Of a DNA stretch of 64,000 nucleotides, positions 20,565 to 30,721 are shown piece after piece. Each line of letters opens with the position of its first letter. The stretch's first letter is position 1. The notes under the pieces were generated by a model. That model saw only the letters and a list, made by a program, of their open reading frames with translations, did no database searches and was not told where the DNA came from. Origin of the DNA: Phormidesmis sp. (GTDB lineage Bacteria > Cyanobacteriota > Cyanobacteriia > Leptolyngbyales > Leptolyngbyaceae); the NCBI GenBank assembly GCA_965248535.1, contig CBDFJR010000002.1, positions 1,344,001 to 1,408,000 of the forward strand, read 5' to 3'. The position numbers and the translations under genes are program-made.

Positions 20565-20963
20565 TTATTCCACTAGCTGCGTCACCCAGCTTGAGCCGCT
20601 CTCTTGGGGCTGAGGTTGGGCGAGTCGCCAGGTTTTTCCTTCACGCTGCCGCTGCAAATAAACGTCAAACGGATTGTCTTTTGGGGTCACCGTCCGTTTA
20701 GACAGTTTGAGGGTGTAGTCATAGGTGCCTTGGACTCGATAAGCCGACAGATTTTGAATGGTCAGAGGCTCTTGACGAGTCACCTTGACCCGATCGATCG
20801 TCAGATTGGGCAGCGCCAACCGCAACTGCTGACTTAAAGCTTGCTGAGTTTGGCTGACTTGCAGCGCGATCGCTTGTCGCACAATCTGATGGCTCGGAGT
20901 CAACTGATTCGCGCTACAGGCGGTGATTAGACTCGCCAAGACCACAACCAAAATGATTTGCAT
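20565..20963 (-). CDS. hypothetical lipoprotein
   Basis: Signal with lipobox 'LITAC'; 'NPFDVYLQRQ.EGKTWRLA'; start uncertain. Confidence 0.7.
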   Translation of the reverse strand: MQIILVVVLASLITACSANQLTPSHQIVRQAIALQVSQTQQALSQQLRLALPNLTIDRVKVTRQEPLTIQNLSAYRVQGTYDYTLKLSKRTVTPKDNPFDVYLQRQREGKTWRLAQPQPQESGSSWVTQLVE

Positions 20964-21048
20964 CGATCGCCGCACAGCTACTTTCCTCCAAATGCCACTA
21001 TTAGAGTAGCAGCGATAGGATGAGCCTGAAAGTGACCTAGGAGAACTG

Positions 21049-21708
21049 ATGTACAAAAAATCATTTGGGGTCAGTGACGACCTCTACCACTATATTGCCG
21101 CCAACTCGCGTAACGAACCTGAGATTCTCGCCAAGCTGCGTCAAGAAACCGCCGATCATCCTCAAGCCAGAATGCAAATCTCGCCGGAGCAGGGGCAGTT
21201 TATGGGCTTACTGGTTCGGCTGATGGGTGCCCAAAAAACCCTCGAAGTGGGCGTGTTTACAGGCTACAGTTCTCTCGCGATCGCCCTAGCGTTGCCCCCC
21301 GATGGCAAGCTAATTGCCTGTGATATTAGCGAAGACTACACCGCGATCGCTCGTCGCTATTGGCAAGCCGCTGGGGTCAGCGCCAAGATAGAACTGCACA
21401 TTGCGCCCGCTCTAGAGACCTTAGATCATCTGCTCAAAACTCAAGCCGAAACCTTTGACTTTGCGTTTATTGATGCCGACAAAGGCAACTATGAACATTA
21501 CTACGATCGGGCCTTTCAACTGATTCGCCCCGGTGGATTGATCGCGATCGATAACGTGCTTTGGTCAGGGCGAGTGGCTGATCCCACCGATCAAGATAAG
21601 ATTACCCAAACGATTCGCGCCTTTAATCAAAAGCTGGCGCAGGACGATCGGGTGGTGTTGAGCTTGCTGCCGATCGCCGACGGGTTAACCCTCGCGTTCA
21701 AGAAATGA
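21049..21708 (+). CDS. class I SAM O-methyltransferase (caffeoyl-CoA OMT-like)
   Basis: MQISPEQGQF, LEVGVFTGYS, FIDADK and DNVLWSG motifs. Confidence 0.92.
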   Translation: MYKKSFGVSDDLYHYIAANSRNEPEILAKLRQETADHPQARMQISPEQGQFMGLLVRLMGAQKTLEVGVFTGYSSLAIALALPPDGKLIACDISEDYTAIARRYWQAAGVSAKIELHIAPALETLDHLLKTQAETFDFAFIDADKGNYEHYYDRAFQLIRPGGLIAIDNVLWSGRVADPTDQDKITQTIRAFNQKLAQDDRVVLSLLPIADGLTLAFKK

Positions 21709-21893
21709 GTTCCTGAGAATCAGTGCTCCGCCGCAGCCTGTCGCTAAAAAGAAGGAAATTGTTCCCCCACTACTTGAGTCAAGTTTGTTAATAGGATTAA
21801 AATACCCAAAAGCCCGAATTTATTGACTCCCCTGCGAACCATTTTTTTCACACGTTTATCTGTCCACTTTTAGGATTTCATTAGGTTATCTCC

Positions 21894-23525
21894 GTGACTC
21901 CTCAGACTGAACAAGCTGCTCTCACATCACCATCTGCATCTACCTCAGACAGCGACTTGGATGTAGTCAATCGACAGATGATTGTGATTCTGGACTTTGG
22001 CTCCCAATATTCTGAGTTGATTGCACGGCGCATCCGCGAAACTCAAGTTTATTCAGAGGTGCTCTCCTATCGCACCTCGGCCGAACACCTTAAAAAACTC
22101 AATCCCAAAGGCATTATTCTTTCGGGAGGCCCAAGTTCTGTCTATGATCAGAATGCTCCCCACAGCGATCCTGAGATTTGGAACCTAGGCATTCCTGTTC
22201 TAGGGGTGTGCTATGGAATGCAATTAATGGTGCAGCAACTCGGTGGCGGGGTCGAAAAGTCCGATCGCGGTGAATATGGCAAGGCCAGTTTAGAAATCGA
22301 CGACCCTACCGATCTGCTGACCAATGTCGAAGATAACACCACGATGTGGATGAGCCACGGCGACTCGGTGACGAACCTTCCGACGGGCTTTGAGCTATTG
22401 GCCCACACTGCAAATACGCCCTGTGCCGCGATCGCTGACCACGATCGGAAACTCTATGGAGTGCAGTTTCACCCCGAAGTCGTGCATTCCCAGGGCGGTC
22501 AAGCCCTGATTCGCAACTTCGTCTATCACATCTGCACCTGCGAACCCACTTGGACAACGGCAGCGTTTGTCGAAGAAGCGGTGCGAGAAATTCGGGCTAG
22601 GGTCGGCGAAAAACGGGTCTTATTGGCACTGTCGGGCGGCGTTGACTCTTCGACCTTGGCATTTTTGCTGCACCGGGCGATCGGGGATCAACTGACTTGT
22701 ATGTTTATCGACCAAGGGTTTATGCGAAAGCTAGAACCAGAGCGGTTGGTGAAGCTTTTTGCTGAGCAGTTTCATATCGCCGTTGAGTATGTCAACGCCC
22801 GCGATCGCTTCATTGATTCAGTCAAGGGCATCACCGATCCCGAAGAAAAACGGAAGCGAATCGGGCATGAGTTTATCAGCGTGTTTGAGTCCGAGTCTAG
22901 ACGGTTGGGCCCCTTTGACTATCTCGCTCAGGGGACGCTTTATCCCGATGTGATCGAGTCGGCCGATACCAATGTTGATCCCCAAACGGGTGAACGGGTC
23001 GCCGTCAAGATCAAGAGCCATCACAACGTCGGCGGGTTGCCCAAAGATCTGCGCTTTAAGCTCGTCGAGCCGCTCCGCAAATTGTTTAAAGACGAAGTGC
23101 GGAAGGTGGGACGCTCGATCGGGCTGCCTGAAGAAATTGTCAATCGTCAGCCCTTTCCTGGCCCAGGGTTAGCGATTCGCATCTTAGGAGAAGTCACCAG
23201 CGAACGGCTCAATATTCTTCGCGATGCCGATCTCATTGTTCGTCAAGAGATTAATCGAGCCGGGCTATATCATGATCTCTGGCAAGCGTTTGCGGTGCTG
23301 TTGCCCGTTCGCAGCGTCGGAGTGATGGGCGATCAGCGCACCTATGCTTATCCGATCGTGCTGCGCTTTGTCGCTAGTGAAGATGGCATGACGGCTGATT
23401 GGGCAAGGGTTCCCTATGATTTGCTGGAGACGATTTCTAATCGCATCGTCAACGAAGTCAGCGGGATCAATCGCGTAGTTTATGACATCACCTCTAAACC
23501 ACCAGGCACGATCGAATGGGAGTAA
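21894..23525 (+). CDS. guaA: GMP synthase (glutamine-hydrolysing)
   Basis: [35 protein letters not shown] and KPPGTIEWE motifs. Confidence 0.98.
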   Translation: MTPQTEQAALTSPSASTSDSDLDVVNRQMIVILDFGSQYSELIARRIRETQVYSEVLSYRTSAEHLKKLNPKGIILSGGPSSVYDQNAPHSDPEIWNLGIPVLGVCYGMQLMVQQLGGGVEKSDRGEYGKASLEIDDPTDLLTNVEDNTTMWMSHGDSVTNLPTGFELLAHTANTPCAAIADHDRKLYGVQFHPEVVHSQGGQALIRNFVYHICTCEPTWTTAAFVEEAVREIRARVGEKRVLLALSGGVDSSTLAFLLHRAIGDQLTCMFIDQGFMRKLEPERLVKLFAEQFHIAVEYVNARDRFIDSVKGITDPEEKRKRIGHEFISVFESESRRLGPFDYLAQGTLYPDVIESADTNVDPQTGERVAVKIKSHHNVGGLPKDLRFKLVEPLRKLFKDEVRKVGRSIGLPEEIVNRQPFPGPGLAIRILGEVTSERLNILRDADLIVRQEINRAGLYHDLWQAFAVLLPVRSVGVMGDQRTYAYPIVLRFVASEDGMTADWARVPYDLLETISNRIVNEVSGINRVVYDITSKPPGTIEWE

Positions 23526-23584
23526 CCTAGCCTCTCTGTAGGTTCAAAAATAAGTGCGATCGGGGCAGCGATCGCCTAATAATT

Positions 23585-23634
23585 TGTGGAAAACAGCCCA
23601 AACTCTGTGGAAAACTCTGGGAAGTTGTGGAAAA
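23585..23634. promoter_or_regulatory. three direct-repeat DnaA-box-like 9-mers (TGTGGAAAA = TTTTCCACA)
   Basis: Exact copies at 23585, 23606 and 23626 (spacing 21 and 20 bp). Confidence 0.6.
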
Positions 23635-23635
23635 C

Positions 23636-24544
23636 TCATTTTTCTACTGGAGACCCGTAGCTAATCTGATCAGATTGATAAGTCGGCGGCTCTACGTGAA
23701 TCATCACTCTCACAGGGCTATATTTTTCAGCTAATCGGGCTTCTACTTCCTCGGTGATGTCGTGAGCCGTCTGCACATCCCCCACTTCGACGATCAGGTG
23801 CATCTCAATAAAAGACTGCCGACCCACCACCCCTCGCGATGCGATGTCGTGACAGTTCAGCACGCCAGGCACCTGCATCGCCACTTCATAAATGGCTTCT
23901 GGCGCGATCGCCATCTCATCTACTAGAGAAGGCAGATTTTGTTTGAGCACTGACCACCCACTCCAAAACACCATCAGCGCTACGGGAAAAGACAGCGCCA
24001 GATCCAGCCACTGCCAGTTAAACGCCCAAACGCCAACTAAACCTGCCAAAACGCTGATCGTTACCCAGACATCACTCATCGTGTGCTGGGCATCGGCAAT
24101 CAAAATCGGACTGCCCACTCGCTGCCCTTCGGCGCGCTCGTAGTAGGTGACAAAAATATTGATCCCCAACACGATCAGCAATAGCCACAGTTCCCCGGCC
24201 GAGATGTGAATCGGCTTACCCGTGCCCATCAACCGCTCGATCGCGCCCTGCAAAATCTCAAAACACGCAATCCCCAAAAAGGCAGCGATGCCTAAAGCAC
24301 TCACAGCTTCAAACTTTTGGTGCCCATAGGGATGATCGCGATCGGGCATCGGAGACGAAAATCGGCTGGCAATCAATCCCAGAATGTTGCTAGCGCTGTC
24401 GGTTAAACTATGCAGCGCATCTGCTAACAAACTTAATGAACCCGTTGTCAATCCCACAAAGGCCTTGAGTCCCAAGACAAACAGATTGAGCAATAGGGTG
24501 ATGATTAACACTTTGCGAACCGTCGATCGATTATCTACTATCAC
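23636..24544 (-). CDS. cation diffusion facilitator (FieF/CDF) transporter
   Basis: SLLADALHSLTD, HPYGH.KFE, ADAQHTMSD and IHVEP motifs. Confidence 0.92.
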   Translation of the reverse strand: MIVDNRSTVRKVLIITLLLNLFVLGLKAFVGLTTGSLSLLADALHSLTDSASNILGLIASRFSSPMPDRDHPYGHQKFEAVSALGIAAFLGIACFEILQGAIERLMGTGKPIHISAGELWLLLIVLGINIFVTYYERAEGQRVGSPILIADAQHTMSDVWVTISVLAGLVGVWAFNWQWLDLALSFPVALMVFWSGWSVLKQNLPSLVDEMAIAPEAIYEVAMQVPGVLNCHDIASRGVVGRQSFIEMHLIVEVGDVQTAHDITEEVEARLAEKYSPVRVMIHVEPPTYQSDQISYGSPVEK

Positions 24545-24731
24545 AATCTCTCATTACCCTTTAGCGCTCTGAATTATTCAGTGTAGATCTCGAAGATTAA
24601 AAGCGCTCTAAAGTCTTATTCGTTAAAGCTTTGAGCTTTCTATAACTGTTTTAAGTTCTTGACGACAATCGCAATTAGCAAGTCATACCAAATTGAAAAT
24701 AGACTGCAACAGGTGATCAATAAAACCTACT

Positions 24732-24764
24732 CAAAGTCCCCCATTTTGGGGGATTTAGGGGGCG
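24732..24764. repeat. cyanobacterial short dispersed repeat
   Basis: CAAAGTCCCCCATTTTGGGGGATTTAGGGGGCG hairpin-type element; only copy in the window. Confidence 0.55.
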
Positions 24765-24955
24765 AGGAACGGTCGCATTCACAAATTGACCTGGTATTAC
24801 AGAACCCGATAAACCTTACGTCTTGACTCAAGACTTGAGAGATTCTTTTTGTAGATCTTTGTCATCTAGAAAGTTAACTTTTTTGCTTGGGCTTCAATTC
24901 TCAATCCTGCTTCCCAGTAGGATGAAAGGGCTGCCACCGGGGACGAATCGTGTCT

Positions 24956-25300
24956 ATGTCTTCTCAACTCACGTTAAACCTAATCGAAGGCTCTATTTCT
25001 TTCCGCTTTAGTCCAGAAGCCGCCAGAGACTTAAAAGCGACGCTGGCAGACCTGATGGAGCGGCTCAAAGTCACCGCCAATAAGCCAACCCCTGGAGGCA
25101 GAGTTACGCCCCAAAAGCCTGTGGAATATCGCCATACAGGAGACGTTTTTTTAGAGGTGTTTTGCAACCCCAATATTTGGCCCACACCCTTTGCAGCCAA
25201 GGTGCTGATCACCCTGAGAGACGATCGCATTCGCATCACGACCGAAGCCGAACTCAGCCGCGTCAATGACGATATCAGCGCTTATTTAGAACAAGCTTAG
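24956..25300 (+). CDS. conserved cyanobacterial hypothetical protein
   Basis: LTLNL.EGS.SF.F; FLEVFCNPNIWPTPFAAKVLIT. Confidence 0.8.
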   Translation: MSSQLTLNLIEGSISFRFSPEAARDLKATLADLMERLKVTANKPTPGGRVTPQKPVEYRHTGDVFLEVFCNPNIWPTPFAAKVLITLRDDRIRITTEAELSRVNDDISAYLEQA

Positions 25301-25405
25301 AGAACAAGTCTAGCTCGTAAGCCTTAGCTGAGAAATGTTACAGACCGCACTGTGAGCGGTGCAGTAAAATCGAGGCAACCACTCTCCTATTTATCGCTTT
25401 AAGCC

Positions 25406-25786
25406 ATGACTTCTGATACCGTCCTTCGGCTATTGCAGAAAGGGTTTCGCGTCACGATCGGGGCAACAGCAACGCTGATCGAAGTGCTGCAAGACCCTCA
25501 AAGACGCGAGCAAAATTTATCAAAATTAAGGCTAGAGCTAGATCAGCTAGCGCAAGAATGGGCTGAAAAAGGGGAAACCACCGAGCAAGAAGCCCGCAGT
25601 TTTGTAGACACCTTCGTGGCCCAACATCGCGCCACCAGCGATCGGGCTGCCTCTGAAACCACCGTGACGACGATCGCAACGTCAGTGCCCTCCTCCACAG
25701 AGGTGCTCGAACTGCAAGAACTCACTGCACAACTCGCCGCCATTCGAGCCGAGCTAGCGCAGCTACGATCCCAAAAGCAGCCCTAA
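25406..25786 (+). CDS. hypothetical helical protein
   Basis: LQKGFRVT.GA...WAEKGE.TEQEAR; coiled-coil C-terminus. Confidence 0.75.
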   Translation: MTSDTVLRLLQKGFRVTIGATATLIEVLQDPQRREQNLSKLRLELDQLAQEWAEKGETTEQEARSFVDTFVAQHRATSDRAASETTVTTIATSVPSSTEVLELQELTAQLAAIRAELAQLRSQKQP

Positions 25787-25801
25787 AGACCGGAGATTCG
25801 C

Positions 25802-25830
25802 GTAAGGGCACGGCACTGCCGTGCCCCCTA
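25802..25830. repeat. REP palindrome
   Basis: GTAAGGGCACGGCACTGCCGTGCCCCCTA. Confidence 0.8.
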
Positions 25831-25902
25831 GACTCGACCAGTCACCGATCGTTTTAATAACTCTAAAGATACTATTCACGACTCAGTTAAAAGGAGTGTG
25901 CT

Positions 25903-27006
25903 GTGGATCTAGCGACCACCTTAAAAAGTCAAACCCCTCGCAATCATGTGCGAGAAATCGGCATCAACGGCAACCATTGGTATGCGATCGCTTGGTCTGC
26001 TGATCTCAAACCGACAAAAATTCTGACCGCGACCATTTGGCAGCAGTCAATCGCCTTTTATCGCGATCGCCACAACCAGATTCAAGCCGTCGAAAATGTT
26101 TGTCCCCACAAAGGCGTTTCGTTTGATCAGGGCAAAGTTGCAGAGAATGCGATCGTGTGCCCCTATCACGGCTGGGAGTTTAACGGGCAGGGCGAATGCG
26201 TCAATATTCCCTACTTTCCGCCCGATCAAAAGCTGCCTTGTGTCAAGATGCAGAGCTTCCCCGTGCAGGAAAAATATGGATTAATTTGGGTCTTTCCGGG
26301 TGAGCCTGCCCTGGCAGCCACGCAGCCCCTAATCGACATTGCAGAATACGACGACCCCCACTGGCTGCTGATTCCCATTGAGGCAGACTTTAAAGCCCAC
26401 TTCTCAATCTGCAATGAAAACACGATGGATGTGTTTCACGGTCATCTTCACAAAAAGCTACAAGGCTGGTTTGATCCCGTGCTGCTCAAGCTTCGAGAAA
26501 CTGAAACCTCGGTCGAAGCTAGCTATCAACTCTCTTACACAGGCTTTGTGACTCAACTGTTGGGGCTGAGTCAATCAGCCAATCGAGTCACCACCAAAGT
26601 CATTTCGGTGAGCTATCGCTATCCTCACTACATCAACTATCTTCCAGGGCTTTCATCGCTCTATTTGATGCGGTTGCCCATCGCACCTCAAAAAAGCCGA
26701 TCGTTCTCGCTTTTGTTTCTTAAGTTAGGATTGCCTCCGTGGTTGCTCAACATCCTGCGTCCCGTTTTGCAGCCTCTCATTCTAAATCTGCTGCTGCTGC
26801 CCTTTCTCAGACAAGATATTGAAATGATCGAGAGCGAACAGGAGAATTATGCAAAAAATCCTCAGCGGCGCTATGTCGAGGTTAACCCCGCGATCGTCGC
26901 CGTGCAGCGCCTGATATTACGTCAATATGAGCAGTTTATCCGCTATTCGCCCCACCCTGAAAGCCCGTTAGACTCGCCCGTTCCGCAGGAAGCATCGACC
27001 CAATAG
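25903..27006 (+). CDS. Rieske non-heme iron oxygenase alpha subunit
   Basis: CPHKG...CPYHGW Rieske ligands; EN.MD.FHG.LH and 'QD' mononuclear-iron motifs. Confidence 0.9.
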   Translation: MDLATTLKSQTPRNHVREIGINGNHWYAIAWSADLKPTKILTATIWQQSIAFYRDRHNQIQAVENVCPHKGVSFDQGKVAENAIVCPYHGWEFNGQGECVNIPYFPPDQKLPCVKMQSFPVQEKYGLIWVFPGEPALAATQPLIDIAEYDDPHWLLIPIEADFKAHFSICNENTMDVFHGHLHKKLQGWFDPVLLKLRETETSVEASYQLSYTGFVTQLLGLSQSANRVTTKVISVSYRYPHYINYLPGLSSLYLMRLPIAPQKSRSFSLLFLKLGLPPWLLNILRPVLQPLILNLLLLPFLRQDIEMIESEQENYAKNPQRRYVEVNPAIVAVQRLILRQYEQFIRYSPHPESPLDSPVPQEASTQ

Positions 27007-27177
27007 CAGCACAAAACTTTTTGGGATTCCTTCTGAGTTGTTGCAAAATGTAGTCTTTACGATCACACGATTGCGGCGCGATCGCATTACATTACAGAAG
27101 TAGTCATCGGGAATAGGGCCTAACGCTCTACTCAGATGCCCCGATGGTCTCTCATCCACCTTTATGAGACTCAACCC

Positions 27178-27681
27178 ATGTCATTTTTAAACTGGCATAG
27201 AGGCGCTGTTGCCTTAATGCTGTCTGTCGTTTTGCTGCTCACAGGCTGTCAGCCCAAAGCCCCCTCACAGTTTGCTCAAGCCCAGCAAGACAGCAGCCAA
27301 AAAGGAGTCACCGCCGTTGCCAAAGATGCGACCCAAGGCAGCGAGTTTAACAAATTTTTCCCGCGGGCTGCCGATGGCTACGCCAGAGCCTTTAGCCAAG
27401 AAAAGAAAGGATTTGCTGAGGCAAAACTCAATAAAGACGGCAAAAACATCGCTATGCTGTCGATTAACGACACAACAGGCATCCCAGGATCTGCTCAAAA
27501 ATATGCGGCGGCAACCGAAAAAATTGCGGGGTATCCTGCCACCAATCTTGGCAATCAAACGGCTGTTTTAGTGGGCAAATATCAGGTCAAAGTTCAGTCT
27601 CGCGATCCGTCGTTTGAAAAGACCGATCGCCAAGCCTGGCTGCAAAAGTTTGACCTCAAAGGGCTAGAAAAACTCAACTAG
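27178..27681 (+). CDS. hypothetical lipoprotein
   Basis: Lipobox LTGC; QEKKGFAEAKL; YQVKVQSRDPSF. Confidence 0.75.
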   Translation: MSFLNWHRGAVALMLSVVLLLTGCQPKAPSQFAQAQQDSSQKGVTAVAKDATQGSEFNKFFPRAADGYARAFSQEKKGFAEAKLNKDGKNIAMLSINDTTGIPGSAQKYAAATEKIAGYPATNLGNQTAVLVGKYQVKVQSRDPSFEKTDRQAWLQKFDLKGLEKLN

Positions 27682-27715
27682 CCACAGCACCCACCCTCAC
27701 TATCAGGAATTTTTC

Positions 27716-28603
27716 ATGAGCAAATCCATTTTTGAACTCGTCGATGAGCTTCCTACCGGAGGGACGACCGTCACCGCCCTCAATGCCCTAGATTTTGTGA
27801 TTCCGGGGCAGTGGCAAAACTTGACAGGCTTCACCAACACGATTAGAGCCGTCACGGGCGAATCTGATGAGGCCATGATTCAAGCGATCGGAGACCGAGC
27901 CGTCTATCTTTACAATGACGAATCCCAGGGCTATCAGCGCGCCCTGTGGCTCTATCAAACCGTCGATAGTGCCGCAGGGGCCTTGGGTGCAGCCGCGATG
28001 GCCAACAAAATTGGTCAAGACATTTCATTTTTAGGGTTTTTAGGCAATCTCACCCCCAAGCCCGAAAAAGTTCAGAGTCTCGATCTGTGCATCAAACTAG
28101 TCGTCGAACTGGTGGCATTCTGCCAGATCAACGGCATCCCCGGTGACAGCATTGGCGACTTTTTAGGTGCATTGGGCGACTACAGCGGCGAGTCATTGAT
28201 GCGAATGGCGGCATTAGTCTGCTTTGACGGCATCATTCCTCTAGGAGCCGACTTTATCAATATGGGGCTATCCACCATTCAACAGACCACCCCCGATGAT
28301 TTGCAGCACAACCAGAGCTTTAAGAGCGTCAGCAGCCTGATTCCGGGCGGCAACCCGGCTGGGCAACTGGGGTTTATCACTCAGAGCTTTGATTCAGTTA
28401 AAGGCTGGATGGGCGATTTTGTCAGTTCTCGTAATTTGACTCAAGACGGTCTGTTGAGCCATGTCAAACAATATGTTGACATTTCGGCTGACAAACTTGA
28501 TTATGTCGGCGCGTTCCTCGATGTAGCCGTCAAATACTACACTCATACTGGAACGCAAACGCTGGCTCGTCGTTTAGTCGAGCGGGCAGTCGCAGAAATT
28601 TGA
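27716..28603 (+). CDS. conserved hypothetical protein
   Basis: 295-aa ORF with AGGA RBS, 34 bp after the lipoprotein gene. Confidence 0.75.
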   Translation: MSKSIFELVDELPTGGTTVTALNALDFVIPGQWQNLTGFTNTIRAVTGESDEAMIQAIGDRAVYLYNDESQGYQRALWLYQTVDSAAGALGAAAMANKIGQDISFLGFLGNLTPKPEKVQSLDLCIKLVVELVAFCQINGIPGDSIGDFLGALGDYSGESLMRMAALVCFDGIIPLGADFINMGLSTIQQTTPDDLQHNQSFKSVSSLIPGGNPAGQLGFITQSFDSVKGWMGDFVSSRNLTQDGLLSHVKQYVDISADKLDYVGAFLDVAVKYYTHTGTQTLARRLVERAVAEI

Positions 28604-28622
28604 TTCTAGCCTACACTCAATG

Positions 28623-28689
28623 GCAAAAAAGACCGTCTGTAACGGGTAGCACCTGGTTGAGTGCCTACCCACAGACCGTCTTTTTTTGC
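28623..28689. terminator. long imperfect hairpin with A/T tails
   Basis: GCAAAAAAGACCGTCTGT..GGGTAGCAC / GTGCCTACCCACAGACCGTCTTTTTTTGC. Confidence 0.6.
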
Positions 28690-28900
28690 AATCAGTGCCT
28701 TTGAACCCACTTAGTTAGAGTGCTTACTGATAAGCTGGATTCAGACAATTGACGAATGGACGCATGTTCTTATATTTCAGCTTCAGATCGACGAGTTAGC
28801 GAAATCCTACGCAAGCCAGATATAGGGTTAGATTTAGTTGCGACGCACTCGGCGCAGCTTTATAGAATCGCCGTCTAGAAAAAGGTGAGAGGAGTTTACT

Positions 28901-30178
28901 GTGCAAGTTGTTAAGGAGTACGTGCGGCGCTGGTACGAAAGCGGCTTAGATCCCGATGAGTACATCTGCCACAAACGCCAGGGAAATTTTGTCGAGATCG
29001 AGGAGGCTGAAACGGGGAAACGACGCACCGTTCTCACCTTTTGCACCAACGATGTTTTGGGGCTGACTCAAGAAGAATCCGTTAAACAAGCGGCCGTTGA
29101 TGCCATCTGGCAATATGGAACGTCTAACAGTTCTACCTCGGTTCTGAGCGGTCGCATTGATCTACATCGCCAGCTAGAAAATGAGATTTCGGCGTTTAAG
29201 CATCTGCCTCACACTCAGCTTTTTTTAAATGCGTGGATGGCAGTGCAGGCGTTGATGGATGCGTTTTGCCATTTGGCGATTCCCGTTTCGGGGTTTCAAA
29301 ACGATCGTGAGACGCTAATTTTGACCGATGTTCTCAATCATGGCTGCATTGTCACGGCGGTTGCCAATGCCGGAACTCGCTCTGGCAAGATGTTTGGGCA
29401 CAGTCCGAGGGTGCGGGTGCGGGCTTATCGCCATTGTGATGTTGAAGATTTAGCGCGCAAGCTGAAGCGCTATGCTCAACCTAACGATCGTATCCTGGTT
29501 ATTTCTGATGCGGTGTTCTCAATGGATGGGGACATTGCGCCGCTGCCGGAGATGATTGAGGTGCTGGCTAACTATCCTGATTCGGTCTTGGTGATGGATG
29601 AGGCCCACGCCAGTGGCGCGATCGGGGCAACAGGTCGCGGCATTTATGAACATTTTGGACTCACGCCACAAGACGCGATCGATCGCGGCATTACGCCCTT
29701 GATCATGACAACATTCTCTAAGTTTGCGGCATCGGCAGGCGCGGCCATCAGCACCCATGTGCCTGAACTCAAGCCTTTGTTGAATGTGTCACCGACCTCA
29801 ATCGGGACGATCTCGTTGCCTGCTCCGACAACGGCGGCGGCCTTGGAGAGCATTCGCATCGTCCGTCAAGAACCCGATCGAGTCAAGCTTCTGCAAGAAA
29901 ACACGCGATATCTGCGATCGCGGCTTGAGGCTCACGATTTTGCAGCGATCGGAGAAACCAATGTTGTGCCAGTTTTGCTACCACCCGAAATCAATCCTAA
30001 AGTCTATGCAAGAGAATTGCTAGATTATGGAACGTGGGTGTCTCCGATTTGGTTTATCGCCAAACCTCGGATTCGCATTACCGTCAACACGCTGCACACC
30101 AAAGAAGAAATGGATCGGTTGGTGACAGGCATGGTGAAGATGCGCGATTTGGTTTATAAGCCCACGATTAGCGCCTAA
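28901..30178 (+). CDS. PLP-dependent alpha-oxoamine synthase (serine palmitoyltransferase/BioF family), divergent
   Basis: NDVLGL, D.LNHGCI, YRHCD, DAVFSMDGDIAPL, DEAHASG and PLP lysine in TTFSK; GTG start with GAGGAG RBS. Confidence 0.85.
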   Translation: MQVVKEYVRRWYESGLDPDEYICHKRQGNFVEIEEAETGKRRTVLTFCTNDVLGLTQEESVKQAAVDAIWQYGTSNSSTSVLSGRIDLHRQLENEISAFKHLPHTQLFLNAWMAVQALMDAFCHLAIPVSGFQNDRETLILTDVLNHGCIVTAVANAGTRSGKMFGHSPRVRVRAYRHCDVEDLARKLKRYAQPNDRILVISDAVFSMDGDIAPLPEMIEVLANYPDSVLVMDEAHASGAIGATGRGIYEHFGLTPQDAIDRGITPLIMTTFSKFAASAGAAISTHVPELKPLLNVSPTSIGTISLPAPTTAAALESIRIVRQEPDRVKLLQENTRYLRSRLEAHDFAAIGETNVVPVLLPPEINPKVYARELLDYGTWVSPIWFIAKPRIRITVNTLHTKEEMDRLVTGMVKMRDLVYKPTISA

Positions 30179-30721
30179 CCTCAATTTAATCGCTTTAGTT
30201 AGCTGAGAGCGATCGTTCTTTTTAAGGGAGCGATCGTTCTTTTTATGGGCTGGTTATTAGAGGGGTTACTTCACCTTACAGAGATATATTACCTAGATAA
30301 GTCGGCATCCTGGCAGAGGTCGATAGACTCCCAAACGTCAGTTGCAGGCTAGCAAATTAGTAAGGGTTAAGTTCACAGTTTCTGAGCAAAATTCACCAGA
30401 ACTTTACGAATATCTCAGCGCAATCACATACTATTAGTTCAACTTAGACCTAGCCAGTTTAATTTAATTAAAGCCTTTTCAAAAAAGCTTCTAACATTAC
30501 CAACATTTAAAAGGAAGAGTGTCCACGATCGTGGGTCGTCAATCCTTTATAGGAGCACAGAACAGGTGCAGCGATGATTCTTGTAGGGGGACGATCTGCC
30601 TCGCCCTATAGGAATTGGACTGCTGGTTTTAACCTGCACCGTGAACGGGTATCACCTTACTACACAGTTCACGAAAAGGCGAAGGAGTGTTTTTCTACCC
30701 TTTTTTAACAGGAGTTTTTCG

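Noticed and set aside
23585..23634. Replication origin
   Set aside because: Only three boxes in about 110 bp, no evident AT-rich unwinding element, and no dnaA or dnaN nearby; kept only as a possible DnaA site.
28901..30178. Assigning gene symbol bioF or spt
   Set aside because: The motifs diverge from both and no bio genes are adjacent; a phylogeny is needed.
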